From contig CAJWXP010000003.1 of the NCBI GenBank assembly GCA_913049785.1, forward strand, positions 14,890-78,889: a DNA stretch of 64,000 nt, written 5' to 3'. Below the pieces are notes generated by a model that saw only the letters and a program-made list of their open reading frames with translations, was not told the DNA's origin and made no database searches. Source of the stretch: an uncultured Dehalococcoidia bacterium (GTDB lineage Bacteria; Chloroflexota; Dehalococcoidia; Lucifugimonadales; UBA1127). Shown one piece after another: positions 8,381 through 17,458 of the stretch (positions within the stretch are counted from its first letter, which is position 1; each line of letters opens with the position of its first letter). Made by a program: the position numbers and the translations under genes.

Positions 8381-9310
8381 ATGCGCACCAAAAGCGGAGT
8401 CAAACTCGGTATTGCGCTACCCCAAGGATTCCCAGACGGCAACATCGATATGGACCTCATCCGAAGGTTCGCGGCCCGTGCCGAGGCCCTAGAATACAGC
8501 GACCTTTGGGTGTCAGACCAGGTCATCGGGAAGCTGCCTATTCTAGAGGTGACAACCCAATTGGCCTATGTAGCCGCCCTGACAAGCAAGATACGCATCG
8601 GCACCTCGGTCATCGTGAGCAACCTGCGTCAACCGGTGCAGCTCGCCAAGAGCCTCTCCAGCCTGGACCACCTGAGTGGAGGGCGTCTCACCGTAGGCCT
8701 GGGGCTGGGCACCACCACCAGGGCGTATTCCGCATTTGGGCTGGATCCGGAGCACCGCGTCTCTCGGTTCATGGAAGGCATCCAGATCATGAAAGCTCTG
8801 TGGACGCAGTCGTCCGTGGACTTCGATGGCACCTTCGCGCAGCTTGAAGGCATCACTATGGAGCCGAAGCCTGTGCAGCGACCACACCCACCCCTTTGGT
8901 TCGGCGCGAGGGTTCCCGATGCGATGCGACGCGCGATCAGGAACGGCGATGGTTGGATGGGAGCAGGTTCCGATACCAACGAAGGTTTCCTGAAAGAACA
9001 CGCAGAGCTTCAGGTTATGCTGGCAGAAGAGGGCCGTGACCCGACGACCTTTGCTGTCTCCAAGCGCATCTACTTCGCAATAGACAGCGACGAAGCGCGT
9101 GCGATGGCCAGACTACGCACATGGATGGGGAGCTACTACGGCAACCCTGACCTGGCGGACCGATGGTGCATCGTGGGAACCGCAGCAGTCATCGCAGAGA
9201 ATTTGATTGAGCTTGTTGAATCCGGTGCAACGCACCTGATGCTCAACCCCGTGTTCGACGAGATGGAGCAACTGGAGATCATCGCTGAGGAGATTGCGCC
9301 GCTGATTTAA
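8381..9310 (+). CDS. LLM-class flavin/F420-dependent oxidoreductase (paralogue of 7117..8082)
   Basis: SD AAGGAGG before the ATG. LGIALPQ, SDLWVSDQ, LDHLSGGRLTVGLGLG and GDGWMG motifs. Confidence 0.85.
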   Translation: MRTKSGVKLGIALPQGFPDGNIDMDLIRRFAARAEALEYSDLWVSDQVIGKLPILEVTTQLAYVAALTSKIRIGTSVIVSNLRQPVQLAKSLSSLDHLSGGRLTVGLGLGTTTRAYSAFGLDPEHRVSRFMEGIQIMKALWTQSSVDFDGTFAQLEGITMEPKPVQRPHPPLWFGARVPDAMRRAIRNGDGWMGAGSDTNEGFLKEHAELQVMLAEEGRDPTTFAVSKRIYFAIDSDEARAMARLRTWMGSYYGNPDLADRWCIVGTAAVIAENLIELVESGATHLMLNPVFDEMEQLEIIAEEIAPLI

Positions 9311-9882
9311 GTCAGAGGTGCCACCAAGTTGAAGCCATCCGGCAGCGTTTCACGCCCTGTCAGCACCAGCACCATGTCCACCGACTGCTTGCGGACGATG
9401 GCCTGGTCAGCCAGCCAGTACAGCATCACCCGCAGATACTCCTCGGGCGGCGCAGCATCAAGTCCTATCGCTCTGGCGATGTCAATGGAGTGCGTCGTCA
9501 GTTCCTGAACCCGAGATGGCAAAAACTCGATCAAGGACATTTGCCCTGCAGAGGTATCCAGTACATGGTTGTCCGGCAGCGCATCAACGAAGGAAACCAC
9601 GCGTTTTGCAATCTCCCGGACTGCGGCAAGTGGTTCATTACCGAGTTGCCGGCCAGCTTCTATGCCGCGCGCGGCAATGTCGTCGTCGCTGCCCACAGGA
9701 GGACCGGCGGTGAACCCGACAGTCGCATACCGTTCGACGTTCGTGAACGCCCTTGCTGTATGGCCTAACAGGTCTCGTAGGTTCCATACACCCAATGCGT
9801 TCCGGTCCAATTGATCGAGTTTGATAGCAGCCACTGTGTCCAGGTAGTACTCAACAGCCAGCTTGAACACCTCTCGACTCAT
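9307..9882 (-). CDS. DinB-superfamily / mycothiol-maleylpyruvate-isomerase N-terminal domain protein (TIGR03083-like)
   Basis: LDRNALGVWNLRDLLGHTARAF motif. Start set at ATG 9882, preceded by AAGGAG; the ORF-track extension to 10065 is rejected. Confidence 0.8.
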   Translation of the reverse strand: MSREVFKLAVEYYLDTVAAIKLDQLDRNALGVWNLRDLLGHTARAFTNVERYATVGFTAGPPVGSDDDIAARGIEAGRQLGNEPLAAVREIAKRVVSFVDALPDNHVLDTSAGQMSLIEFLPSRVQELTTHSIDIARAIGLDAAPPEEYLRVMLYWLADQAIVRKQSVDMVLVLTGRETLPDGFNLVAPLT

Positions 9883-9901
9883 CAACTGCTCCTTGTTTAC
9901 G

Positions 9902-10129
9902 TTAGTCCAGTGCTGACATGATGGAACCCAGGTTGGCCTGTCGCAGCGGCGCCGTGTCGAACCCCTCGCAGAAGTTCCACGCCACCACGATACGCTCAGC
10001 GTAGTCACGCGAAAGCCCCGAGGCCAGCACCACGGGCCCGCTCTCCTCCAAGGCGAGAATGTCATGTCCGTCAGGCCCAGGCTCCACCTTCAGCTTGATG
10101 TCTTCAATCTTCTGCCCGCCCTGGGTCAT
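9902..10129 (-). CDS. small hypothetical protein, translationally coupled to the esterase gene
   Basis: Its ATG overlaps the esterase stop (ATGA at 10126-10129). 75 aa with normal composition. Confidence 0.45.
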   Translation of the reverse strand: MTQGGQKIEDIKLKVEPGPDGHDILALEESGPVVLASGLSRDYAERIVVAWNFCEGFDTAPLRQANLGSIMSALD

Positions 10130-11064
10130 CGCGCACCTGCCGATGCGAACGCAGCTTTGAGAGCGTCAGACATCTGGGCGACAGCCTGGGTCGCTTTGTC
10201 CACAGTGGGTGGCATGTTGAAGAAGTTGTGCACCCCGCCGTCATATCGAGTGCATGTCGTGGCGACGCCTGCAGCTTGCAGTCGTGCAGCATAGGCCTCC
10301 GTCTCGTCACGCAGCGGATCGAACTCGCCGACGATCAATAACGCAGGCGGCAAGCCTGACACGTCGGTGGCCTGGAGAGGGGCCGCATAGGGGTCCTTGG
10401 TACCGGCATCGCTGCCCAGATACTGCTCCCAGTACCACATCATGGTCTTGCGCGTCAGGAAATAGCCCTCGGCGTTCTCCAGGTACGATGCCGTATCGAA
10501 GTCCGTGTCCAACATGGGGTTAATGAGGGTCTGGTGCACCAACGCAGGGCCACCACGTTCACGAGCCATCAGCGTAACCGCCGCAGCAAGGTTTGCTCCG
10601 GCGCTCTCACCGCCCACGGAGATGCGTCCCACGTCCACGCTTAGCTCATCGGCGTTGTCGGCTACCCACTTGGTTGCAGCATAGAAGTCGTCAGGCGCAG
10701 CGGGGAAGGTGTGCTCCGGGGCGAGACGGTAGTCGACCGACACCACAACACATCCCACGTTCACGCAAAGGTGCCGACAGATGTAGTCGCAGGTCTCCAG
10801 AGTACCTATGACCATGCCGCCGCCGTGGGCCCACACGATAGCCGGGAACGGTCCTGGGCCAGCGGGCTTGTAGACACGTGTGGGCACCTGACCGTCCGGG
10901 CCGGGTATGCTCTGGTTCTCCACCGACGTCACGTCAGGCCCCTGGGCACGGGGTCTCGACGACGCGTTGGCCCTCGCCTGCACAGCCCCCACTTCATAGT
11001 GGGGCGGCAACCCCAACGCATCTATCTGATCCAAGATGACTTTTATCTGCGGGTCGAGTGGCAT
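10126..11064 (-). CDS. alpha/beta hydrolase, hormone-sensitive-lipase-type esterase
   Basis: HGGG oxyanion motif (VWAHGGGMVIG) and GESAGANLA nucleophile elbow. Start at ATG 11064 (MPLDPQ), preceded by GGAGGG. Confidence 0.85.
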   Translation of the reverse strand: MPLDPQIKVILDQIDALGLPPHYEVGAVQARANASSRPRAQGPDVTSVENQSIPGPDGQVPTRVYKPAGPGPFPAIVWAHGGGMVIGTLETCDYICRHLCVNVGCVVVSVDYRLAPEHTFPAAPDDFYAATKWVADNADELSVDVGRISVGGESAGANLAAAVTLMARERGGPALVHQTLINPMLDTDFDTASYLENAEGYFLTRKTMMWYWEQYLGSDAGTKDPYAAPLQATDVSGLPPALLIVGEFDPLRDETEAYAARLQAAGVATTCTRYDGGVHNFFNMPPTVDKATQAVAQMSDALKAAFASAGAR

Positions 11065-11088
11065 ACTGCCCTCCGTGTTTAGCATTTG

Positions 11089-11123
11089 TCCCTTCCCTCG
11101 TCGGGGAAAGGCTAGGATGGGGA
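11089..11123. repeat. family-P hairpin repeat (CCCTCCC...GGGAGGG type)
   Basis: TCCCTTCCCTCGTCGGGGAAAGGCTAGGATGGGGA. Related copies lie at 25749, 31219, 32781 and 33225. Confidence 0.6.
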
Positions 11124-11248
11124 ATCAACGCCCCAAAGCATACCACCAGGTAAAAGCATACTGTCGAATAGCGCCTTCGTAGCATCATGTAAGTCTGACG
11201 TTATTAATTAACAATGTTAAGAATCAACATAAACTTACAGAAAACGAA

Positions 11249-11467
11249 GTGATCACGATCGTCAAAAACAAATTATCCGAGCAAACCCAAATAAAGCCAT
11301 CCATCATATTTAACGACAACCGAGGAGAAAGATTGGTGATCAGCGAATTCTCTTCGTTAAACGATGGAACAGTAGTTGTACTCAACAACATGCTACGCAT
11401 TGCGTTAATCCAGGGCAATCTAGGTGGATACGAAGTCATCGACATAAAAAACTGTGTTTGGCTGTAA
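11249..11467 (+). CDS. hypothetical ORF in AT-rich islet
   Basis: 72-aa ORF with a GTG start in a visibly AT-rich stretch. No homology recognised. May form one frameshifted gene with the next ORF. Confidence 0.25.
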   Translation: MITIVKNKLSEQTQIKPSIIFNDNRGERLVISEFSSLNDGTVVVLNNMLRIALIQGNLGGYEVIDIKNCVWL

Positions 11468-11814
11468 TTGAAGAACCAGCCTCGTTTCGCTACGAGTTTG
11501 AGACTGGAGGAGAGACCAAGGTGACGTCCAAAAGGTGGAAGAAGTCATATAACTCTTGGGTGGCCACTTATGAAAGTGATGGGCTATGGCAGGTTAGATT
11601 CACCCTACCCGGGACATATCCTACAAGGTTGATTTCCGGGTTTACGTTATCTGCGGCCCTAACCCAAGAAGAAGGGGAGAAGCTCAACAAAATAAACGAA
11701 GATGAAGGTTCGTTGCCCGTCGAAATCCTTTACCGTGAGCGTACATGGGAGGTATCTGAAAGGACGCTCTTGTCCACCCGGCTGTCTATCCCCTTTACAG
11801 GCTGTGAGTTTTAA
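11458..11814 (+). CDS. hypothetical protein in AT-rich islet
   Basis: 118-aa ORF with normal-looking composition. No family recognised. Confidence 0.35.
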   Translation: MAVIEEPASFRYEFETGGETKVTSKRWKKSYNSWVATYESDGLWQVRFTLPGTYPTRLISGFTLSAALTQEEGEKLNKINEDEGSLPVEILYRERTWEVSERTLLSTRLSIPFTGCEF

Positions 11815-11836
11815 CATCAGCCTATTCTAGCTCTAG

Positions 11837-12436
11837 TTAGCTGATTGTCCCTTTGGTGCTCGGCACTTGACCGCCCTGCCGCGGGTCGATAGCCACCGCG
11901 TCCTTAAGCGCCCTGGCAAACGCCTTGAACAGCGCTTCAGCCTTGTGGTGGCTGTTCTGCCCTGACAGCACCTGAGCGTTCAGGTTGAACTTGCCCTCCA
12001 CCGCCATCGACTCCAAGGAATGGCGGATAAGGTCGCTGGGCATGCTCTCCACCATATCGCTGGTGATAGCCGTGTCCACGTAGGCGTAGCCTCGACCACT
12101 CAGGTCGACTGCCACCTGCGCAAGCGTCTCGTCGAAGGGGACCAGCGCGTGGCCCATGCGAACGATACCTCGGCCATCACCCAACGCCTCGTGGAGGGCT
12201 TGGCCAACGGCGATGGAAACGTCCTCGACGGTGTGGTGCCACCCGGTCTGGTCCGCGTCGCCCGCAGCCTGCACGGTAAGATCGATGAGCGAGTGCCGTG
12301 AGAGTTGCGACAGCAGGTGATCGAAGAAGCCGTTGCCGGTGTTCACCTGATACTGTCCCGTGCCATCAAGGCACAGTTCAACGGCCACCTTGGTCTCCCG
12401 AGTCTCCCTGTGGATCGATGCCTTACGTTCTTCCAT
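11837..12436 (-). CDS. hisB: imidazoleglycerol-phosphate dehydratase
   Basis: RETRETKVAVEL, NTGNGFFDHLL, HHTVEDV and HHKAEA motifs. Confidence 0.95.
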   Translation of the reverse strand: MEERKASIHRETRETKVAVELCLDGTGQYQVNTGNGFFDHLLSQLSRHSLIDLTVQAAGDADQTGWHHTVEDVSIAVGQALHEALGDGRGIVRMGHALVPFDETLAQVAVDLSGRGYAYVDTAITSDMVESMPSDLIRHSLESMAVEGKFNLNAQVLSGQNSHHKAEALFKAFARALKDAVAIDPRQGGQVPSTKGTIS

Positions 12437-12498
12437 ATTGTTTCTCTCAACCGTCTTTCTGAGAACTTGCCAGTATTAATATGTCAAAATTACTCGCA

Positions 12499-13596
12499 TC
12501 ATGCGCTAGTGACAAGTTCTTTCAAAGCGTTGATGAGTGCATCTGTCTCAGCAGGCCTGCCTGAGCTTATGCGCAGGTAATCGCCTAGTCGGTCATCGCT
12601 GAACCTACGCACAAAGATGCCCTCCTTGGCCAGCTTCGCCTGAAGCCCCGGGGCCTGACCGTCCGGGAACTTACACAACAAGAAGTTACCTTTGGAAGGC
12701 AGGCACGTCACACCCAGCGAGTCCTCAAGCATCCCCCGCATCCGCTCCCGCTCCTCCACCAGTGACCTCACTCGCTGAAGCAGCAGGTCTGTGTCCTGCA
12801 ACGTCGCAAACAGCGCCACCTGTGCAGGCACACTGATATTGTACGGCTGCTTGATGCCCATGATGTAGTCCACCAGCTTAGGTGTCATGATGCCGTAGCC
12901 CAGTCGCACACCCGCCAGTCCCGCCCACTTGCTCAGGCTCCGCAGCACCACCAAGTTGTCGTACTCGTCCACCAGGTGCGCCACCGTGAAGCCGCAGAAC
13001 TCATGATATGTCTCGTCCACAACCACCACAGGCCCAAATTTTAGCAGTTCGCGAACGTCGGATTCCGGCGTCAGCGTGCCCGTAGGATTGTTGGGGTTGC
13101 ACAGGAACAACAGCTTCGTGCGAGGGTTGACCGCCGCTCGGATCGCCTCGATATCAGCGCCGAACTCCTCGTTTCGAGGCACCTCGACGACCTCCACCCC
13201 TGCCATCTTCATGGTCACGGAATACATCCCGAAGGTGGGCGTCAGATCGAGGGCCTGGTCGCCCGGATCCATGGTGAGTCGCACGATGAGTTCGATGAGC
13301 TCGTCGGCGCCGGCGCCCGCTATCACGCACTCGGCAGGCACGCCGGTGTAGGCCGCCAGGGCAGCACGGACATCGCGCTGGAACGGGTCAGGGTAGATGT
13401 TGTAGCCGGAGAACGCACCCAACGCCTCGGCAACCTTCGTCGAGGGGCCATAAGGGTTCTCGTTGGCGTCCATCTTGATGACGTCCTCGGGCGCTATGCC
13501 CTCCCGCTTGGCCAGCACTTCCGGCGGCTCTATGGGCACATAGGGCTCAAGCCCTAGGATCATGGGGCGCACAAGTCGGTCGACGTTGTCGCTCAT
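12499..13596 (-). CDS. hisC: histidinol-phosphate aminotransferase
   Basis: Class-II aminotransferase. MDANENPYGP, NPNNPTG and LRSLSKWAGLAG (PLP lysine) motifs. Overlaps hisD by 4 nt. Confidence 0.95.
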   Translation of the reverse strand: MSDNVDRLVRPMILGLEPYVPIEPPEVLAKREGIAPEDVIKMDANENPYGPSTKVAEALGAFSGYNIYPDPFQRDVRAALAAYTGVPAECVIAGAGADELIELIVRLTMDPGDQALDLTPTFGMYSVTMKMAGVEVVEVPRNEEFGADIEAIRAAVNPRTKLLFLCNPNNPTGTLTPESDVRELLKFGPVVVVDETYHEFCGFTVAHLVDEYDNLVVLRSLSKWAGLAGVRLGYGIMTPKLVDYIMGIKQPYNISVPAQVALFATLQDTDLLLQRVRSLVEERERMRGMLEDSLGVTCLPSKGNFLLCKFPDGQAPGLQAKLAKEGIFVRRFSDDRLGDYLRISSGRPAETDALINALKELVTSA

Positions 13597-14930
13597 CGTG
13601 CGCCTCCGTTGTTTCGTTCGAGTCGTAGCTGTGCAGCCCTGACGTGGCCGTCTAGACCCTCGGCTTCAGCCAACCGTGCAGCGTCCTGACCAAGAGCTCG
13701 GAAAGTCTCCGCTTCCAGCCCGATGATGGATGTCACTTTCAGGAACTGGTGCACGCCTAGGGCGCTGTTGAACCGGGCCGTTCCCCCCGTGGGCATGACG
13801 TGGCTGGGGCCGGCAATGTAGTCACCCGCGACTTCCGGCGACGATTCGCCCAGGAACACCCCACCAGCGTTCCGTACTTTGGTCATCAACTCCCGTGGCT
13901 CCTTCACCAGTAAGCACATGTGCTCCGGGCTGTACAGGTTTCCTAGCTCTATCGCCTCATCAAGGTCGTCCACCAGTACGAAAGCGCCCTGGCCTTCAAG
14001 AGCGGCGGCCGCGATATCTCGTTTGGGCAGCATTTCTAATTGCTTTGTTATCTGTTCAATGACCCTCGACAGCATATCTTCCGAGGTGGTGATGAACACC
14101 GGCGACGCCAGCGTATCGTGCTCAGCCTGGGCCAGCAGGTCAGCTGCACATAGCTCGGGATCGGCAGAGTCGTCTGCGATTACCAGGGTTTCCGTCGGGC
14201 CGTAGAGGCCGTCCACCGCAACTTCGCCGTAGACCATCTGCTTGGCCAGCGTGACGAAGATGTTGCCCGGGCCGCACACGATGTCCACCTTCGGGATTGT
14301 GTCCGTGCCGAACGCCATGGCAGCGATGGCCTGAGCGCCGCCCATCTGGAACACCCTGTCCACACCGGCGATGTAAGCCGCTGCCAGCACCGTCTGGTTG
14401 GGGCCGGTCTCTTTACCTGAAGGTGTCGCCAGGATAATCTCGCCAACGCCCGCGACTTTTGCAGGCACTGCCGTCATCAGGACCGTCGATGGGTAGGCTG
14501 CAAGACCTCCAGGTGCGTAGACGCCAGCCCGTGCCATGGGCGTGAAACGCTCGCCAAGCCCTGTCGCATCGTCAATCCAACTCTTGGGCATGCATGCCTC
14601 GTGGAATGAGCGAACACGGGCCTCCACCGTCTCCATCGCCTTACGGAGGTCGGCAGGGGTGTGGTCGTAGGCCTGCTTCAGCGCCGCCTTGGGCACTTCC
14701 AGCGACTCTAGCTCCACGCCATCGAGCATACCAGTGTAGCCGAGCACCGCGGGGTCGCCGCGCCATCGCACGGAGTCCAGAATGCGGCTCACCACTTCCC
14801 TTGGCGTCAGCCGTTCGTTAAAGAGCTTCTCTATGCGGTCAAGCACCTCTGGCGATGCCGAGTCCCAAACGCGAAGAGAGCCCCTGTCCAGGGCTTCCTT
14901 TCCCGCCGCAAACCCTTTTATCACCTGCAT
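13593..14930 (-). CDS. hisD: histidinol dehydrogenase
   Basis: GVYAPGG, QAEHD and YSPEHM motifs. 445 aa. Confidence 0.95.
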   Translation of the reverse strand: MQVIKGFAAGKEALDRGSLRVWDSASPEVLDRIEKLFNERLTPREVVSRILDSVRWRGDPAVLGYTGMLDGVELESLEVPKAALKQAYDHTPADLRKAMETVEARVRSFHEACMPKSWIDDATGLGERFTPMARAGVYAPGGLAAYPSTVLMTAVPAKVAGVGEIILATPSGKETGPNQTVLAAAYIAGVDRVFQMGGAQAIAAMAFGTDTIPKVDIVCGPGNIFVTLAKQMVYGEVAVDGLYGPTETLVIADDSADPELCAADLLAQAEHDTLASPVFITTSEDMLSRVIEQITKQLEMLPKRDIAAAALEGQGAFVLVDDLDEAIELGNLYSPEHMCLLVKEPRELMTKVRNAGGVFLGESSPEVAGDYIAGPSHVMPTGGTARFNSALGVHQFLKVTSIIGLEAETFRALGQDAARLAEAEGLDGHVRAAQLRLERNNGGAR

Positions 14931-14952
14931 GATGCGTCCTGACTCCTGTGGT

Positions 14953-15969
14953 TTAGTTAATCCCTGAGGCCGCTGCGGTCAATCGCTGATACGCCTGGCA
15001 CTGGTCAAAGAACAGATACGACGGTTGGGTGACGGTGATGCCGCTCCCGCCGAACTGGCGCATGTGTTCCACCGCGTCCAGCACCCGGGTCTTCTCTACC
15101 AGAACTGTGACGGAATACCAGTCACCGCCCTCAGCGCTATACACAGGGGCGATGGTCGGACCTTCAACGCCGGAAAGCTCTCGACGATCGAGGATGCGCG
15201 TTGCCACCGCTTCTTGCGACGAGCCCAACACGTTGGCGGCCACGGAGCAGTAGTCCTGCGCGCGCAGATAACCCTCTGCCCGTTCCAGTATCGCTTTGAT
15301 CTGTTTCATCTTGGTCTCAGCACCCGACAACGATTTGCGGTTCACGATGAGGCATGACTGCGATGTCAGGATGGTGCCGTCCATAAGCGTCTTCAGTCGG
15401 TTCTCTCGCAGCGTGGTGCCAGTTGCCGTCACGTCAGCGATGAGGTCTGCCTGCCCGATGGCAGGTGCGACCTCCAACGTGCCGCTGGACGGTATCAGCG
15501 TCAGGTAGTTGATGCCTTTGGAGAAGAGGAACCGCTGCGTCAATCGAGGGTACTTGGTAGCTACCCGCAACTCTCGTCCCTTTCCCCTGAACTCCAGCGC
15601 CAGGTCCGCCAGATCGGCCGTAGTGGTCACATCAAGCCACGTCTCCGGCACTGCTAGCGCAAGCTCGCATCCACCGAATCGCAGGTCTTCCATGACCACC
15701 AGAGTGTCTCCACCCTCCTGGTGGTATTCCAGGAACCGGTCAAGGCCAACAATGCCGCAGTCTGCCGTGCCGTCCTCCACCTTGCCTGGAATGTCAGAAG
15801 CCCGCTGGAACAGGGTGCTCACACCCTCTACCGCGGCGATCTTTCCGGTGTATCCACGGACAGAGATTCGCTTGTTCGGCATACCACTTGCGCGCAGGAA
15901 CTCGGACGTCGGCTCGTAGAGCGCGCCGTCGCTGGGTATCGCTAGTCGAAGTTCGTTTCGTGTTTCCAT
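14953..15969 (-). CDS. hisG: ATP phosphoribosyltransferase, long form with C-terminal regulatory domain
   Basis: LRLAIPSDG, DIPGKVEDGTADCGIVG and DVTATGTTLREN motifs. A HisG_C-like tail (YSVTVLVEKTRVLDAVEHMRQFGGSGITV) is colinear with E. coli HisG. Start at ATG 15969, 4 nt after the hisZ stop. Confidence 0.9.
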   Translation of the reverse strand: METRNELRLAIPSDGALYEPTSEFLRASGMPNKRISVRGYTGKIAAVEGVSTLFQRASDIPGKVEDGTADCGIVGLDRFLEYHQEGGDTLVVMEDLRFGGCELALAVPETWLDVTTTADLADLALEFRGKGRELRVATKYPRLTQRFLFSKGINYLTLIPSSGTLEVAPAIGQADLIADVTATGTTLRENRLKTLMDGTILTSQSCLIVNRKSLSGAETKMKQIKAILERAEGYLRAQDYCSVAANVLGSSQEAVATRILDRRELSGVEGPTIAPVYSAEGGDWYSVTVLVEKTRVLDAVEHMRQFGGSGITVTQPSYLFFDQCQAYQRLTAAASGIN

Positions 15970-15973
15970 GGTG

Positions 15974-17398
15974 TTAGAGCCAAATCCGTTCACTGGTGCC
16001 ATCATCGGCCACCATTATTATCGCTTCAAATCCCTGAGCCTTTGCGCTAGCCTGATCCGCAGCGCCGTCCAGTGACACAGCAGCCACTTCGCCACCGAGT
16101 CGCAGCGATGCAGCCGCCTGAAGGGTCGCTTTCACAGCGTTATCGTTCCGAGGGGCGACGAGCACCCGTTTCGCCGGGCGAGTATCGCCAGCATCTTCGT
16201 CCAGTGCGTCCATGACCAGTTCCAGCGTACAGGCGAAGCCCAGAGCGGGAACATCCTGGCTGCCACCGAGCGCCTTCACCAGACCATCGTACCTACCACC
16301 GCCTGCCAGTCGGACGCCGTTGCCTGAGCCTGCCCAGACTTCAAAGACCGGGCCTGTGTAGTAGGCGATGTCCCGGGCCAGGCAGAGATCAATCGATATC
16401 TCAACCGATTTCATGTCGTGGAGGGCAAAGGCGTCAATGCTCGCTTCAAGGGACGAGAGGGGCGATGCATCGAGTTTGTGGCTCTCTGCCAGTGATCGCG
16501 CTGCTTTCAGCGTGTCCTTGGGAGCGCCCTTCATCCCCGACAATGCCTGGGCGAACGCCAACGCATTGTCGAGTTGTTCTGGGCTGTCAGCCGCCCGGAG
16601 CTTTCGTTCAAGTCGCTCCATGACCTCCTGCGATGTCCGTACCCCGATGGAGCCGTCACTTCCACCGTTTCCGTTAGCCTCGGTTGCTGCGAGGTGTTGG
16701 GCCAGGGCCTCCATGCTGCCTCTACGCTCATCGGAATCGAACAGGCCAAGCTCCTGGCCACGCGCTCGTACCAATGCCAGGCCATCCTCACCATCGCGAA
16801 GCTCGCCCATCGAGTACAACAGGAAGTACGTTGCCCGCTCCGAGAGCTTGAACTGCTTGAGCAGGCCGTAGACTGCCCCCACATCGCCAAGCACCATGCG
16901 TTGCGACCCCAGGCCAAACGAGGCTAAGGCGCCACATGCCATCGCCATGACTTCGGCCTCCGCCGATGCGCCTGCCGCGCCGATTAGCTCTGCGCCCACC
17001 TGGGTGAACTGTCTGCCGTAGCGCGTCTCGCCGGGGCTGTAGCGGAACACCGGGCCTGCATACTGCCATCGCACAGGGGTAGGTTGAGTCCGCTCTTCCT
17101 GCAAGAAGAGACGAATGACCTGGGACGTGAACTCGGGGCGAAGGCTAACCTGGTGCCCGCCCGGTTCAACGAAGGTGTACATCTGGGAGGCCAACTCACC
17201 GCCGGACTTGCGCAGGAAGATGTCCGTTGGCTCAACCACAGGGGTATCTACCGTGCGATAGCCGTACAGCGCTAGAAAGAACTGAAGTCCGTCCCGCACA
17301 CGGCGACTGCGACGATTCTCTTCTTCAAAGAGGTCTCGCATGCCCGGTAGACGTTGGGTGCCCTGTAATTCCACTGGTCCTCCATGCGCCTTGCACAC
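15974..17398 (-). CDS. hisZ: HisRS-like paralogue, probable ATP-PRT regulatory subunit HisZ (retains an anticodon-binding-like C-terminal domain)
   Basis: GMRDL, LRPEFT, FRYSPGETRYGRQFTQVGAEL (degenerate motif 2), AYYTGPVFE and GGGRYDGL motifs. Sits directly upstream of hisG in the operon. Confidence 0.7.
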   Translation of the reverse strand: MCKAHGGPVELQGTQRLPGMRDLFEEENRRSRRVRDGLQFFLALYGYRTVDTPVVEPTDIFLRKSGGELASQMYTFVEPGGHQVSLRPEFTSQVIRLFLQEERTQPTPVRWQYAGPVFRYSPGETRYGRQFTQVGAELIGAAGASAEAEVMAMACGALASFGLGSQRMVLGDVGAVYGLLKQFKLSERATYFLLYSMGELRDGEDGLALVRARGQELGLFDSDERRGSMEALAQHLAATEANGNGGSDGSIGVRTSQEVMERLERKLRAADSPEQLDNALAFAQALSGMKGAPKDTLKAARSLAESHKLDASPLSSLEASIDAFALHDMKSVEISIDLCLARDIAYYTGPVFEVWAGSGNGVRLAGGGRYDGLVKALGGSQDVPALGFACTLELVMDALDEDAGDTRPAKRVLVAPRNDNAVKATLQAAASLRLGGEVAAVSLDGAADQASAKAQGFEAIIMVADDGTSERIWL

Positions 17399-17458
17399 GA
17401 ATATACGGTGCGATAGCGAGTGTGCTATCTAGTGTAGCCCAAGCTGACGAGTGAGTCA

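Noticed and set aside
9883-10065. N-terminal extensions proposed by the ORF track: 9883..10065, 46843..47022, 47918..48001, 49794..49892, 62808..62927, 42445..42504, 5116..5181, 20175..20258.
   Set aside because: In each case an internal ATG/GTG with a good SD coincides with the start of family homology. The extension either overlaps a neighbouring gene, promoter or terminator, or has aberrant composition.
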